Source of the DNA: Gammaproteobacteria bacterium
GTDB taxonomy: Bacteria > Pseudomonadota > Gammaproteobacteria > Ga0077536
Direction: 5' to 3'
Assembly: GCA_016209015.1 (NCBI GenBank)
Contig: JACQWY010000002.1
Coordinates: 77,622 to 141,621 of the forward strand
DNA length: 64,000 nucleotides
Shown here: in pieces, positions 18,901 through 26,438 of the stretch
How the letters are laid out: every line of letters starts with the position of its first letter
Position numbering within the stretch: the first letter of the stretch is position 1
Program-made: the position numbers and the translations under genes
Notes under the pieces: generated by a model
What the model was told of the DNA's origin: nothing
Database searches by the model: none
What the model saw: the letters and a program-made list of their open reading frames with translations, nothing else

Positions 18901-21723
18901 CTTGTTCTGCACGTCGTAGGCCGTCGTTGCAGAGCTCACGTTGTCGGGATTGGCGAGATCGTAGCGATCCATGATCGCCATGGCGGCGGCACCGCCACCG
19001 CTCATCGTCGCGGTGGCCTTGGCCTGCGTGCCGCCCGCCGGCGGATCGATGGTCACCTTGAGGGGCGCGGCGAGGACCTGCGGCAAACCGGCGGCGGCCA
19101 GCGTCACGCCGGAGACCTGGCCCGTGGCCGAGACCGTCGCCGTGGCGGCGACGGAGGTGACGGGCACGTCGTGGGCATCGGTCAGCGTGACCGCGGGCGG
19201 GGACGCCTGGCTGTAGCCCGTGCCGCGCACCGTCACGACCACCCGGCTCGGCACCTGGCCGAACGTCACGGTCGGGGCGGCGGTATAACCCGCGCCGGCA
19301 CTGCTGAGCGAGAGGCCCTGCACGATGCCGGGATGCGCGGGATCCATGATGGCCGTGGCGGCGGCCTGCGTGCCGCCGGCCGGCGGCGCGGCGAGCGTCA
19401 CCGGCGGCATGAACGTGTAACCCGTACCGCCGCCGCTCAACGCGAAGGAGTTGACACGCAGGGCTTCACCCGCGACCGGGGTATCCGTCGCGTAGAACTT
19501 CGGCAGGTTCGCGGAACCCGTGAAGATCGACGCGTAGTTGTCGCCGTAGGTCGTGCCGAGTGCGTCGTTATAGGCGATCTGGCCCGCGACCGGCGGATCC
19601 TGCACGGCCTTGTACGCCGCGTGCAGCGCGTCGTTGAGCGCCACGGCATCGAGCGGTGCGGCCGGCGCGGCGGCCCGGACGTGGATCTGCATCACCGTAC
19701 GCGTATTCGGACCGTAGCCGGGCTTCGTGCTCGGCGCGCCGCCGGCATCGGTCTGATCACCGTTGCCGGTGTAGTAGTCGCTACGCGGGTCGAAGCCCGG
19801 GTTCGGCGCCGGCCCATCGTTGTAGAGGATCAGCGTCTTGCCCGCGAACTGCGAGAAGTCGACCACGACGTCCGCCCGTTCCGCCGGTCCGAGGTAGAGG
19901 GCGTGGCAGTCCGGATAGCAGGCCTGCGAGGGATCCTCGTTCTGCGAGACGTTCAACACGGTGGCGGTGCGGCGGTTGTAGTCGTAGTTCTCCGGCACGG
20001 GCTTGACCGTGCTGACATTCGGCATCAGGCCCGCTTCATTGCCGATCTGGTACATGACCGGACCGACGGTCGTCGGATCGGGTACGCCACCCGCGCGGGA
20101 GTCGGTCGGCCAGTTGTACGGGAAGCCCGGGGTTGCCGTGGCCGGCACCATCTTGACCTCGGTGCAGTCCTCGATGTCGGTCGGCGCGTTCGGGCTGCCG
20201 TCGCAGAGCTTCAGGCCGGGGCTGTTGAGCGGATCCTCGGGGTTCGTCGTGTTCTTGTCGGCGGCGACGTAGAATCCGAGGTTCAGGAAGCGGTCGTTGC
20301 CCGCGGCGAGGATGCGGAAGCGATAGGCCTTCGGATCCACGGTCATCGTCGGATACGCGGTACCGTTGACGACCGAGGTGTCCATGAACGCTTCCGGCGT
20401 CGTCGTCTCGTCACCGTAGGCACCGGTGGGCAGCGCGTACTGCGCCGGGAACACCGGCCAGAACCACGGCCCCCAGTCCCAGCGGCCGACGGCGTTCGCG
20501 CCGCCCTTCTGGTTCGGATCCTGGTTCGTCTCGTAGACGTGCGGGAACCACAGGTCGCCGGGCTGGCCCCAGGTCATCGGATCCCACAGCGCGTCCTGCG
20601 TGTCGATGTCCGCCGGTACGAACGTCTTGTCCTGGATGACGAGCGGGATCTGCTCGCCGGGCAGACCGCCCGCGGCGAGGATGGTTTCCGCCTGCGGATC
20701 CGTCAGCACGTAACCCGCAGCTTCGCCCGCATACACGTTCAGGCGCGTGAGGCCCGAGGTGTGGTCGTGGTAGAACATGAAACGCGCGCTCTGGTCGTTC
20801 GTCCAGTACAGCGTCGCGGAGCCCTCACCCGGATCGACCATGTCGGGCACGTTCTGGAAGCTCTGACCCTTCTTGTAGTGCGCACCCGTATCGCCGACCG
20901 GCACGGTCCACTGGTGCGGCGTACCATCGGAAATCCACGGCGTGAGACCGCCATGGAGGTGAATCTCCGCGCGGTTCTCCGTGAACATCGGAGCGTCGGG
21001 GCCATCGGGACCGAAGCCCGCACCCGGCAGGGTGTGGTCGACCGGGATGAACAGGTCGCCATTGCGTTTGCCGGTTTCGGGATCGAACTTGCCGATCGGC
21101 AACAGGTTGCTGTATTTCATGCGCACCGGCTTGCCCTTCGTCGCGAGGATGATCGGGCCGAGGTAGTGCGGCTTCGCGTAGGCATAGACCTGCTTGCCGT
21201 CGACCATGATCGCGTTGCCGTCGAGGTAGGTCAGCGGATAGCACTCGCTGCCCGCGCTCTTCGCGCCACAGTCGCCGGCCGCGGTCGCCGCCGCGTCGAT
21301 CTGCACGTAGCCGCGCAGCGTCGTCGCCTTCGGCAGATCGCTGTGCATTTTCTCGGTGTACTCGACGATGCCGATCCAGTAGTAATCCGAACCCGGATAG
21401 CTCGCCGTGTCCGCCGCGGCAAGCGGGAGAGACTGGCCGAGGTTGTTCACGCCGGCGTTCGTCGAGGGCGCGAGGCCCGGCACGCTGGACAGCGTGTCGA
21501 CGAACTTGCGGAGCGCCGTACCGGACTGGTGAGCGTTGCCCGCCCAGTCCGTGTAGTCGCCGCTGGGGCTGTTCGCGAAATACGTGGGGACCGGGAACTC
21601 GAGGCCTCCCAGATCCATGCCGCTGCCGAGCCCGGCGCCCGCGAATGCGGAATCCATGGCGGCGGGCAGCGTCGCGAGTAGGAATAGCGACCCTATCCGG
21701 GATCGCGTTTTGCGTCGGCTCAT
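15952..21723 (-). CDS. Giant multicopper oxidase (~1924 aa): N-terminal cupredoxin/MCO catalytic region followed by ~8 FN3/Ig-like repeats. MnxG/MofA-like candidate Mn(II) oxidase.
   Basis: Start MSRRKTRSRIGSLFLLATLPAAMDSAFA at 21723. The complement of ATG was verified, and GGAGGA lies upstream. Copper-ligand motifs: IHLHGG and FMFYHDHTSG (N-terminal HxH pairs), HPVHFHLV and WHCHILGHEENDFM (C-terminal HxH and HCH..H..M, the type 1/trinuclear site). The C-terminal ~800 aa are tandem ~90-aa repeats rich in Thr/Ser/Ala with conserved W/Y positions, typical of FN3 domains. Confidence 0.8.
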   Translation of the reverse strand: MSRRKTRSRIGSLFLLATLPAAMDSAFAGAGLGSGMDLGGLEFPVPTYFANSPSGDYTDWAGNAHQSGTALRKFVDTLSSVPGLAPSTNAGVNNLGQSLPLAAADTASYPGSDYYWIGIVEYTEKMHSDLPKATTLRGYVQIDAAATAAGDCGAKSAGSECYPLTYLDGNAIMVDGKQVYAYAKPHYLGPIILATKGKPVRMKYSNLLPIGKFDPETGKRNGDLFIPVDHTLPGAGFGPDGPDAPMFTENRAEIHLHGGLTPWISDGTPHQWTVPVGDTGAHYKKGQSFQNVPDMVDPGEGSATLYWTNDQSARFMFYHDHTSGLTRLNVYAGEAAGYVLTDPQAETILAAGGLPGEQIPLVIQDKTFVPADIDTQDALWDPMTWGQPGDLWFPHVYETNQDPNQKGGANAVGRWDWGPWFWPVFPAQYALPTGAYGDETTTPEAFMDTSVVNGTAYPTMTVDPKAYRFRILAAGNDRFLNLGFYVAADKNTTNPEDPLNSPGLKLCDGSPNAPTDIEDCTEVKMVPATATPGFPYNWPTDSRAGGVPDPTTVGPVMYQIGNEAGLMPNVSTVKPVPENYDYNRRTATVLNVSQNEDPSQACYPDCHALYLGPAERADVVVDFSQFAGKTLILYNDGPAPNPGFDPRSDYYTGNGDQTDAGGAPSTKPGYGPNTRTVMQIHVRAAAPAAPLDAVALNDALHAAYKAVQDPPVAGQIAYNDALGTTYGDNYASIFTGSANLPKFYATDTPVAGEALRVNSFALSGGGTGYTFMPPVTLAAPPAGGTQAAATAIMDPAHPGIVQGLSLSSAGAGYTAAPTVTFGQVPSRVVVTVRGTGYSQASPPAVTLTDAHDVPVTSVAATATVSATGQVSGVTLAAAGLPQVLAAPLKVTIDPPAGGTQAKATATMSGGGAAAMAIMDRYDLANPDNVSSATTAYDVQNKAIQELFEPFYGRMNATLGVELPFTSALTQTTIPLNYIDPTTETIPQGQVQIWKITHNGVDAHPVHFHLVNVQLINRVGWDGTIKPPEANEVGWKETVKMNPLEDVIVAVKAVAPKTPFGQPRSVRTDDPSQEVGVTTGFTQIDPQTNNPLLVQNRLEDFDNEYVWHCHILGHEENDFMRPFVMDTKASVVAPTAPGTLSATADAQKIDLTWQDPTPATLVEDKPANLGNPMNEIGFMVQMQPITGYNGDEPILDANAWQTVSTAIANTESASIERATLTPNTDYAFRVGAYNSAQQGPMTPYSDPKTSIKPTAWSQALLQLTPPGTFTLTLGTVNSSSVALSWTSSQNATSYQVEDGFAADALADVNASLTDLNSVITGLAANTTYFFDVVAKHGSSIHSNTVSATTDAVPASFEAARAGDVTASAVTLRWANANPNLSALQKVEIARNGDVVATLTGAQILAADTYTDAGLAANAAFSYAVTVTGANGNAFTVSKDVTTAPAIATFTQTHTATSVVLSWTYPANANTAGLNATISRDGTPVASGLTGTTTWTDENVSANSDYAYTVTISGADGTADASLNVTTAPQPVSALQIVNGSLTPWAVSLDWTNDNPNAVTFEVDRTPDMTSTVAAGPYADTSLTPGNAYSYAVTVVGKDGVQKSAPVNINVTAVSLAIADLNAVSAPGKTQVDLTWSNLSFSVDSYSAVRCTGTQTFGTCTSGRTTFSAAAGSPWADTTAAPGTTYTYFAQPVVAGHPGLPYSNAKTLTTLRVPSTPTMAGPNNIQSTSMTIRWNGSSAAVNYTVQQQQCANTVASPCDGNGWTTLNNAATGTSLPTTGLQPATRYSFRVRANAWGSSAFAATPSSATTLVAPVTVSDSFTFPATQSTTNSTQTVSFNIRTNDTPSSASGGTVTVGTLNSVNGGATATLTCAPTSGSCNIALTPVGTGLTPAQRQVQKRGTYTFTYQLNYGGLTSAPATATVTLN

Positions 21724-21949
21724 CTCTCGAATCCTCCGATTCAGACCTCGGTTGCCGCGGGCTGCCAGGGGCCGCCGGCGGGGCGTTTCGTCTGGCTCCC
21801 CACCCGCCGATCGGGGTGCGATCCGTTCGCCCGAGAGGTCCGGGCGGGACACGCACCACGGGCACGGAGCCCAGGTGTGCGGCAGGATGTCGCATGGCGA
21901 TCCCGCATTGCGATTCGGTCAAACGCGCGGGGGGCGGAGGGGAATTCGT

Positions 21950-22130
21950 GGTAGGGAAAGACTGTAGAGGCCCGCGCTATGTCACTGAATTAGCACGGCT
22001 AGTGATTTAGATTCGCATTACGGGGATCAATTTACTGTCATTCGCCCTACTTTCGGACGATTTTGCCCCGGCGCGGTGCCACGGGGCGTTGATGAACAAT
22101 AATGCATTGCATTTGCATCACGGGATCCCG
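21950..22130. promoter_or_regulatory. AT-rich divergent control region between the MCO operon and the hemerythrin-GGDEF gene, containing a TGCAT direct-repeat cluster
   Basis: Local GC is far below the window average. AATGCATTGCATTTGCAT sits at about 22101-22118. The region lies between divergent starts at 21723 (minus) and 22375 (plus). Confidence 0.3.
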
Positions 22131-22374
22131 GCTCGGCGGGCATTCAAAACTATTGTTTCCCGGCCGCGCCCGCTGCGCTGCCCGCGAATTGACGGACGTC
22201 AAGGTTCGGAACGCCCGCGCGGGGTTTGATGCATCCTGGAGCCGCAGGGCGGGGCCGGCCGCGGGTCCGGTGAGGCTGCGGGCCGCTACGAGCGCAGGGA
22301 GGAAGGAACGCTCGAATGATCAGACCACTCGCCGGCTGTCGTTGACAGGACCGCTGCCACGGGCTCACGCATCC

Positions 22375-23568
22375 ATGGAAACCTTCGTCTGGGACCGCCA
22401 CTTCACCACCGATCTCGACACGGTGGACGATCAGCACCACGCGCTCGTCGATTTGATCAACCGGCTCGGCGAGCACCTCGTCGCGGGCCCGGCCGACGAC
22501 ACCGATCTCGAAGCGATATTCGGGCAGCTCGCCGAATACGCGATCTACCACTTCGCCGAAGAAGAGAATCTGATGGCCGCCTCGGGCGTCGACCCGCGGC
22601 ACGTCGACGAGCACAAGGACTTGCACCGGCGCTTCGTCAACCAGGTCCAGAGCATGTGGCACGCGCGGCGCACGATCGCGACCGCCACGACCGTCCTCCA
22701 CGAATTCCTCGCCGCCTGGCTGAGCTTCCACATCCTCGGCGAGGATCAGGCGATGGCGCGCCAGATCAAGCGCATCGCCGAGGGAGAATCGCCGGGCGTC
22801 GCCTACGCGCGCGAGGCGGACCCGGTGGACAACGCGACGACGGCGCTGCTCGGCGCGCTGCGGAATCTCTATCACGTGCTGTCAGCGCAGAACGACGATC
22901 TCGTCATCGCGAATCGCAATCTCGAACAGCGCGTCGCGGAACGTACCGAGGCACTGGCACGCGCGAACGCCGCGCTCACCGACGCAAATCGTCAGCTCGA
23001 GAAGGCCTCGCGCACCGACGGCCTGCTCGGTATCGCGAACCGCAAATACTTCGACGAGAAGCTGCGCGAAGAATGGCAGCGCGGCCGGCGGGAACGTCAT
23101 CCGCTGGGGCTCATCATGCTCGACGTCGATCACTTCAAACGCTACAACGACAGCTACGGTCACATCGCCGGCGATGCCTGCCTGCGCGCCGTCGCGGGGG
23201 CGGCCGGCGGGGCGCTGAAACGTCCGGGCGACCTCATCGCGCGCTACGGCGGGGAGGAGCTCGTCATCATGCTGCCGCACACCGACGTCGCGGGCGCGCT
23301 CGCCGTTGCGCGACAGGTCCTCGAACACATTCACGCGCTCGCCCTGCCGCACTGTGATTCACCCGTTGCGCCGCACGTCACCGTGAGCATGGGCGTCGCG
23401 TCGCGATTCGCGGATACCGCGCGCAGCGCGGAATCGCTCATTGCCGCGGCGGATGCCGCGCTCTACGCGGCGAAGGAAGCCGGCCGCAATCGCATCTGCG
23501 GCGCGACGCCGCACGATCCGCAAGCCGGCGCGGCTATGCCGGACCAGCCGACCGAGGGGCTGCGCTGA
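22375..23568 (+). CDS. Bacteriohemerythrin-GGDEF diguanylate cyclase (putative O2/NO/redox-sensing DGC)
   Basis: ATG at 22375 is in frame within ORF 22102..23568. N-terminal hemerythrin: HHALVDLINRL...AIYHFAEEENLM...HVDEHKDLHRRF...FLAAWLSFHILGEDQAM. C-terminal GGDEF: GLLGIANRKYFDEKL...LIMLDVDHFKRYNDSYGHIAGDACL...RYGGEELVIML (GGEEL active site). Confidence 0.8.
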   Translation: METFVWDRHFTTDLDTVDDQHHALVDLINRLGEHLVAGPADDTDLEAIFGQLAEYAIYHFAEEENLMAASGVDPRHVDEHKDLHRRFVNQVQSMWHARRTIATATTVLHEFLAAWLSFHILGEDQAMARQIKRIAEGESPGVAYAREADPVDNATTALLGALRNLYHVLSAQNDDLVIANRNLEQRVAERTEALARANAALTDANRQLEKASRTDGLLGIANRKYFDEKLREEWQRGRRERHPLGLIMLDVDHFKRYNDSYGHIAGDACLRAVAGAAGGALKRPGDLIARYGGEELVIMLPHTDVAGALAVARQVLEHIHALALPHCDSPVAPHVTVSMGVASRFADTARSAESLIAAADAALYAAKEAGRNRICGATPHDPQAGAAMPDQPTEGLR

Positions 23569-23572
23569 TCGC

Positions 23573-25180
23573 TCACGCCCCGGATGGCGGCCCCGTCAGG
23601 AACCAGTAGCCGTCCTCGTCGCGCGCGGCGCTCGCGCCGTGCCACCACAAGTCCGGACGGCGCGACCAATAGCTCTCGAAATAGCGCGCGGGATCGTTCC
23701 ACAGACCGCGCGTCATGCCGATCGACGAACGCCGCATCACGAGCGTGCCGCGGCCCGCACCGCGGATGCTGGAGCACGCCTCGTCGACGAGGTCGACGCC
23801 GCTGCCCGGTACCGCCGCGCTGAACGCACAAGGCTTCAGGGGATGCAGCAGCGTATCGGTCAATACGCCGCCGCCGAGGTCCGGCGCGCCCGAGCAGCCG
23901 AGGATCGGCACGCGCCGCCGGCACACGTGCTCGAACGTCCAGTGCCAGGCCTCGGGCCTCCAGTCCTCCCCGGCCGCCACGACGAGCCGCAGGGCGCGCA
24001 GGTCGTAGCGTTCGATGCCGTAACCGCCGGCGCGGGTCGCGGCCCAGAGGCTCGCGGGCGAGGCGCCGAGCACCGTGACGTGGTGCTCCTGCAGCAGGCG
24101 CCACAACCGCGCCCCGTCGGGCGCGTGCGGCTCACCCTCGGCGAGGATCAGCGTCGCCCCGAGCAGCGTCGCCGCGACGAGTTGCATGGGACCGGCGAGC
24201 GAGCCCGGATCGCTCATCCACAGCACGCGATCCTCCGTCCGCCAATCGAGACACAGACCGAAATCGAGCGCCATCTTCGTCATGAAGCCGCAATGCGTAT
24301 GCACCGTGCCGCGCAGGCGTGCGCTGTTCGTCGCGGCCGGCGCGTAGTAGACGAGGGCCGGCGTGTCGGCCGGGACGACGCGCGGCATGAAGTCGCGCCG
24401 CGCGGGCTTCCGTACCCGGTGCCACCAGCGGTCACGCATCGAACGCCCGGTTCGCTCGTAGCCGAGATGGCGGACCGTGACGACGCGCTTGAGCGCCGGC
24501 GCCGCGACGAGTGCGGCGGCGAGCGTCGCGCGGAAGTCCTGCGGCACACCGCCGCTGGAGCCGCCGTCGGCCATCAGCATCGCGACGGCGCCGGAGTCGC
24601 GGAGCAGCGCGCCGAGGCGCGCGGCATCGACGTCCGCGGGCACCGGCAGGACGACCGCGCCCACCGCGAGCACGGCGAAGAAGCCGATCGCCCATTCCGG
24701 GATCGCCGGCATGTACAGCGCCACGACTTCGCCGGGCCCGATGCGCAGCGCCTCGAGTCCCGCCGCGACCCGTCCCACTTCGGCGTCGAGCTCGGCATAG
24801 GTGTAGCTGCGCCGACTGCCGTCCTCCCCTTCCCAGACGAGCGCGGGCTTGCGCCACACCGGCGTGTCGCGATGTCGCGTGAGGCAATTGAGCGCGAGAT
24901 TCGTCTCGCCGTCGAGGCACCACACGGTCCACGGCATACCGAACGCGGGCTCGCAGACCTTGGAGTAGGGCCGGGAGAAGCGCAGCCCGAAGTATCCGAT
25001 GCACGCATCCCAGAACCAGCCCGGATCCGCGTCGGCGCGGGCCACGAGCTGCGCATACGCGGCCTCCGGCGCGCCACCGATGCCGAGGGTCCGCATGAAA
25101 TGCGTCAACCGCGCCTGCCGCTTCAGATCGGCGTCGGCGTTCCAGAAGATATCGCTCGCGAATTTCGGGGATTCCAGCAT
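23573..25180 (-). CDS. AMP-dependent synthetase/ligase family protein (acetyl/acetoacetyl-CoA synthetase-like)
   Basis: Start MLESPKFASDIFW at 25180. The complement of ATG was verified, and GGAGG lies upstream. The N-terminal region resembles the ACS N-domain, and the architecture is ANL-superfamily-like. The family was assigned by overall resemblance only. Confidence 0.55.
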   Translation of the reverse strand: MLESPKFASDIFWNADADLKRQARLTHFMRTLGIGGAPEAAYAQLVARADADPGWFWDACIGYFGLRFSRPYSKVCEPAFGMPWTVWCLDGETNLALNCLTRHRDTPVWRKPALVWEGEDGSRRSYTYAELDAEVGRVAAGLEALRIGPGEVVALYMPAIPEWAIGFFAVLAVGAVVLPVPADVDAARLGALLRDSGAVAMLMADGGSSGGVPQDFRATLAAALVAAPALKRVVTVRHLGYERTGRSMRDRWWHRVRKPARRDFMPRVVPADTPALVYYAPAATNSARLRGTVHTHCGFMTKMALDFGLCLDWRTEDRVLWMSDPGSLAGPMQLVAATLLGATLILAEGEPHAPDGARLWRLLQEHHVTVLGASPASLWAATRAGGYGIERYDLRALRLVVAAGEDWRPEAWHWTFEHVCRRRVPILGCSGAPDLGGGVLTDTLLHPLKPCAFSAAVPGSGVDLVDEACSSIRGAGRGTLVMRRSSIGMTRGLWNDPARYFESYWSRRPDLWWHGASAARDEDGYWFLTGPPSGA

Positions 25181-25214
25181 CGCCACCTCCGCACGGCCGG
25201 ACCAGCCGCCGCTC

Positions 25215-25262
25215 AATTGTACCATATAGTATATTCTCATACTGTTTGGTAGATACGGCGGC
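25215..25262. promoter_or_regulatory. Candidate TetR operator: AT-rich inverted repeat ACCATATAGTATAT-TCTCATACTGTTTGGT in the divergent region
   Basis: The half-sites AGTATA and TATACT-like are read directly. This is the only AT-rich patch between the ligase start (25180) and the TetR start (25449). Confidence 0.35.
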
Positions 25263-25448
25263 CGCGGTTCGGCTCGCGCGAGGGCCCGGAAAGCCCGGGT
25301 GCTGCCGATATGGCGGCCCGCTTGCGCAGCGCGCTGGCGGCATCGACGGCGCAGTGCTAGTGTGCAGTCCCGTCGTGCTGCGTCGCGCACTCCACCGCCG
25401 GGGGGCGGCCGGGTGAGAACGCGGCGCGGCGCCGGAACCGATGAGACC

Positions 25449-26144
25449 ATGAAAGAAGAAATCAAAGAATACAAACGCGAGCGCATCCTCGAAGCCGCGA
25501 TCGCGCTGTTCCACGAGCGCGGGTTCGCGGGCACGTCCGTCGAAGCCGTCGCCGACCGCCTCGGCGTCACGAAGCCCTTCATCTATACGTATTTCGAGAA
25601 CAAGCACGCATTGCTGGTCGCCATCTTCCTGCAGGCGACCGAACGGCTGCTCGCGCTCGTCGCCGCGGCGCTCGCCGAAGAGGCCCCGCCGGACCGTCAG
25701 CTCGCGAACCTCGTGCACGCCTTCGCACGCGAGAACATGGACGTGCGGCTCATCTCGCGCGTGTTCCTGCAGGAAGAGAAGCACCTCGACGAGAAATTCC
25801 TCAAGCGCATCCGTCAGGCGCAGAAGAAGTTCGACACCCAGCTCACCGAGCTCATCGCGCGCGGGGTCGAATGCGGACTGTTCGAGGTCGAGGATCCCGC
25901 GGTCGCGGCGCTCGCGATCACGGGCATGATCCGTTGGATCCAGCGCTGGTATCGCGAGGACGGCCGACGCGAGGCCGAAGATCTCGCGCGCATCATGTCG
26001 GAGCTCGCCTTGAACCTCGTGCGCTGCAAATCCACCGCCGCGCCCGCGAGGGCGGTGCGGACCCCGACGTCGCGCCGCACCAAGGCCGTGACGAAAGAGA
26101 AGGCACCACCCGCGCGACGCGTGAGGCGCAAGACGAACGCCTGA
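25449..26144 (+). CDS. TetR/AcrR family transcriptional regulator
   Basis: ATG at 25449 is in frame within ORF 25299..26144. N-terminal HTH: RERILEAAIALFHERGFAGTSVEAVADRLGVTKPFIYTYFENKHALL. Confidence 0.8.
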   Translation: MKEEIKEYKRERILEAAIALFHERGFAGTSVEAVADRLGVTKPFIYTYFENKHALLVAIFLQATERLLALVAAALAEEAPPDRQLANLVHAFARENMDVRLISRVFLQEEKHLDEKFLKRIRQAQKKFDTQLTELIARGVECGLFEVEDPAVAALAITGMIRWIQRWYREDGRREAEDLARIMSELALNLVRCKSTAAPARAVRTPTSRRTKAVTKEKAPPARRVRRKTNA

Positions 26145-26438
26145 TCGGGCGACGCCGCCGCCCGGGTGAGGCGCGGCCATGGCCCTGGACTTCGTCCGCC
26201 GGCCCGGCAAGCACGCAGCGCCTGCGTCTCCCGCCATGATCGAAGAGGCTCACAGGTGAGGAAGCTCTGAGTACGTTCAGCGCTTCCCTAAGGCGTCCGC
26301 GAGCTCATCGACGGCAACCCGCCTCCCCATTCCGCCGCCTTCACCGCCCCGCTATGCTCTCTGTGCGCACGGAACGCGGGCCCGCCATTCACCGTGCGTC
26401 CGCGCCGTGCCTTTCACCACACCCGAGGGGAGGCAGCG

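Noticed and set aside
16639-21681. 1680-aa ORF on the plus strand opposite the multicopper oxidase gene. Similar long antisense ORFs occur at 6048..9242 opposite chpA, 31602..34196 opposite the LuxR gene, 44644..46821 opposite maeB and 9621..10982 opposite chpA.
   Set aside because: Their translations are Arg/Ala/Gly/Asp-rich low-complexity with no domain signatures. The opposite strand encodes proteins with unambiguous conserved motifs. Long open antisense frames are expected at about 70% GC.
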